A DNA stretch of 63,573 nucleotides from Eledone cirrhosa (lineage: Eukaryota). The notes beneath the pieces are model-generated. The model searched no databases, was not told where the DNA came from, and saw only the letters and a program-made list of their open reading frames with translations. The stretch covers positions 1-63,573 of the forward strand of contig CAXHJY010000902.1 in assembly GCA_964016885.1 (NCBI GenBank), in the 5' to 3' direction. This document shows, one piece after another, positions 61,178 through 63,573 of the stretch (its first letter is position 1; each line of letters begins with the position of its first letter). The position numbers and the translations under genes were made by a program.

Positions 61178-61353
61178 GTGTGTGTGTGTATATATATATA
61201 TATATACATATAGATAGATAGATATAGATATATCGTATATATCGCTTATATATATCAATGTACATGCTTATGGATATACAAATGTACTTAAATATATATA
61301 TATATATATATGAATGTGAATGTATGTATATATATACACACATATATATATAT

Positions 61354-61390
<37 letters not shown>

Positions 61391-61393
<3 letters not shown>

Positions 61394-61461
61394 CCGAAAA
61401 GGTATACACACATCAGCAGCATTCTAATCAAAGTGTATATACATTTTGGGGGGACACCCTG
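61391..61461. mobile_element. Tc1/mariner-type MITE, partial
   Basis: cagcattctaat core and acattttggggggacaccctg+TA end. Confidence 0.6.
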
Positions 61462-61514
<53 letters not shown>

Positions 61515-61762
61515 ATGTGTGTATATCTGTGGGTGTTTGTGTGTGTGTATGTGTGTGATAGAGAGGCAAAGAGAGAAAGAGAGAGACAGTGTGTGTGTGT
61601 GTTTGCGAGAGAGATAGAGAGAGAGGGAGAGAGTGGGGGAGGAGGGGTATTACCTCATCCTTTTCTTCAGATACTTCTACACGAAACAGTCTTATATGTG
61701 AAAATATTTAATTATTGTTCCTCAACTATGTCTGTGTGAGTGAGTAAATATTTCGTTACACG

Positions 61763-62410
61763 TGTGTAAACATATTAACCTCTATCTGTGTGTAAACACA
61801 TTAACCTCTATCTGTGTGTACACACATTAACCTCTCTGTGTGTACACACATTAACCTCTTTGTGTGTACACACATTAACCTCTGTGTGTAAACAAATTAA
61901 CCTCTATCTGTGTGTAAACAAATTAACCTCTATCTGTGTGTACACACATTAACCTCTTTGTGTGTACACACATTAACCTCTGTGTGTGTACACATATTAA
62001 CCTGTATCTGTGTGTAAACATTAACCTCTATCTGTGTGTACACACATTAACCTCTATCTGTGTGTACACATATTAGCCTCTCTGTGTGTAAACATATTAA
62101 CCTCTGTGTATAAACATATTAACCTCTATCTGTGTGTACACACATTAATTTCTCTGTGTGTACACAAATTAACCTCTATATGTGTGTACACACATTAACC
62201 TCTATCTGTGTGTACACACATTAACCTCTGTGTGTAAACAAATTAACCTGTATCTGTGTGTAAACAAATTAACCTCTATCTGTGTGTACACACATTAACC
62301 TATCTGTGTGTACACACATTACCTCTCTGTGTGTACACATATTAACCTCTGTGTGTAAACATATTACCCTCTATCTGTGTATACACACATTAACCTCTCT
62401 GTGTGTACAC
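61763..62410. repeat. About 22-27-bp minisatellite (tgtgtacacacattaacctctatctg), about 25 copies
   Basis: Direct tandem units. Confidence 0.9.
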
Positions 62411-62588
62411 ATGTACACATTTTTGTGATGGTACCCCTGTCTAGTTAATCCCTAATTTAAATAGGATTACGTAAACGTGTGTACGGATTAAATCACATAC
62501 CCTTCCCCGAAATATAGAGTTATATAATGTTTATACATATGCATTTGATCCTGTATATATATATATATAATTATTATTATATATACAT

Positions 62589-62649
<61 letters not shown>

Positions 62650-62680
62650 TATATATATAATACATATATATATATACAAT

Positions 62681-62845
62681 ATATTAACAAATGGAAACTA
62701 TATTTATAAAACCATATTTATTTTATTATATATATTTCAAGGGCCACCAGAGCTTCATCAGATAAAATATAATATAGGTTAGTTTTATAAATAAATATTG
62801 ACATACCCTTAAAAAATGCAACCATTCTGGCTGGAATCTCGTGGA
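62681..62845 (-). mobile_element. HHR element family D, second copy
   Basis: Reverse complement homologous to 21626-21803; in (TA)n. Confidence 0.8.
62719..62769 (-). ncRNA. Minimal type I hammerhead ribozyme (family D; shortened stem II)
   Basis: Perfect 8-bp stem I UAUUUUAU/AUAAAAUA, CUGAUGA (62761-62755), GAAAU-auau-AUA; stem II is weak. Confidence 0.6.
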
Positions 62846-63044
62846 TATATATATATATATATATGTTCCTCCAGTCTAAACCATCTGCTCTATCTCGTGC
62901 TTGTTATTAAGTAAGTAAATATTTATTATATATATATTTCAGATCATATTGTCACCAGAAACGTTACACCTCCATCGTCACCATAGCCAGCACATACTAC
63001 ATCATCATCAACACTACCGCCATTAGAGTAACGTCACCACTACC

Positions 63045-63200
63045 GTCATCACAACACTGCCATTACAGCACCGCCATTACAACACCGTCATTACAACACC
63101 GCCATTACAAAACAGCCATTACAGCGCCGCCATTACACAACCGCCATTAGAACACCGCCGTTATACCACTGCCATTACTTCACCGCCATTACAGCAAGGT
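63045..63200. repeat. 14-bp minisatellite (accgccattacaac)
   Basis: About ten diverged direct units. Confidence 0.8.
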
Positions 63201-63573
63201 TAACGTAGTCACCATTACTTCCAGCACAACCATCAGCGCCATCACATCTGGTATTGATACCATTACAGTTACCCCCCTTACTTCTTTTACAATTACTACT
63301 TAAGTAACACTAAAATTCCTCTGTGAACCTGATATATTACAATTATATATACAATAAGATATATTACAATTATATATACAATACGATATATATAGGTTTT
63401 ATTGAATTATTTGCGGTTAACGTTTTCTCTTTCATATATTCAGCCATTATCCACTGTTCTCTGTCTTTGAATTTTCGATTGAGTAACATGCCCATCTATC
63501 TATAAAATTTTATTTTTTGTTATATCTTATTTTATTTTATATTTTGTTATTGCCTCCTCCTTATTGAGGACGC

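Overview
Eukaryotic, AT-rich, extremely microsatellite-dense non-coding DNA ((TA)n, (CA)n, (GA)n, (TACA)n, (GATA)n, (GGT)n, (GTT)n). The SINE repertoire resembles that of octopod cephalopods; this is inferred from recalled repeat sequences, not from a database search. No intact host gene can be supported, and almost all listed ORFs are microsatellite translations. Recognisable content: decayed RTE-type LINE fragments, many tRNA-derived SINE copies (two with clear target-site duplications), Tc1/mariner-type MITEs, a hAT/Charlie-like end followed by inverted tRNA-derived units, and several minisatellites. The main hidden signal is at least six sequence-distinct families of short (about 50-300 bp) non-coding elements. 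Most sit inside or beside (TA)n tracts, often form fold-back inverted repeats, and carry complete, truncated or variant minimal type I hammerhead ribozyme (HHR) folds. The clearest folds are 21701-21765 (+), 44055-44105 (+), 57702-57751 (+) and 62719-62769 (-). They look like a community of microsatellite-targeting, ribozyme-bearing non-autonomous retroelements (Penelope-like termini or retrozyme-like). All folds were paired by eye, and no activity is demonstrated.
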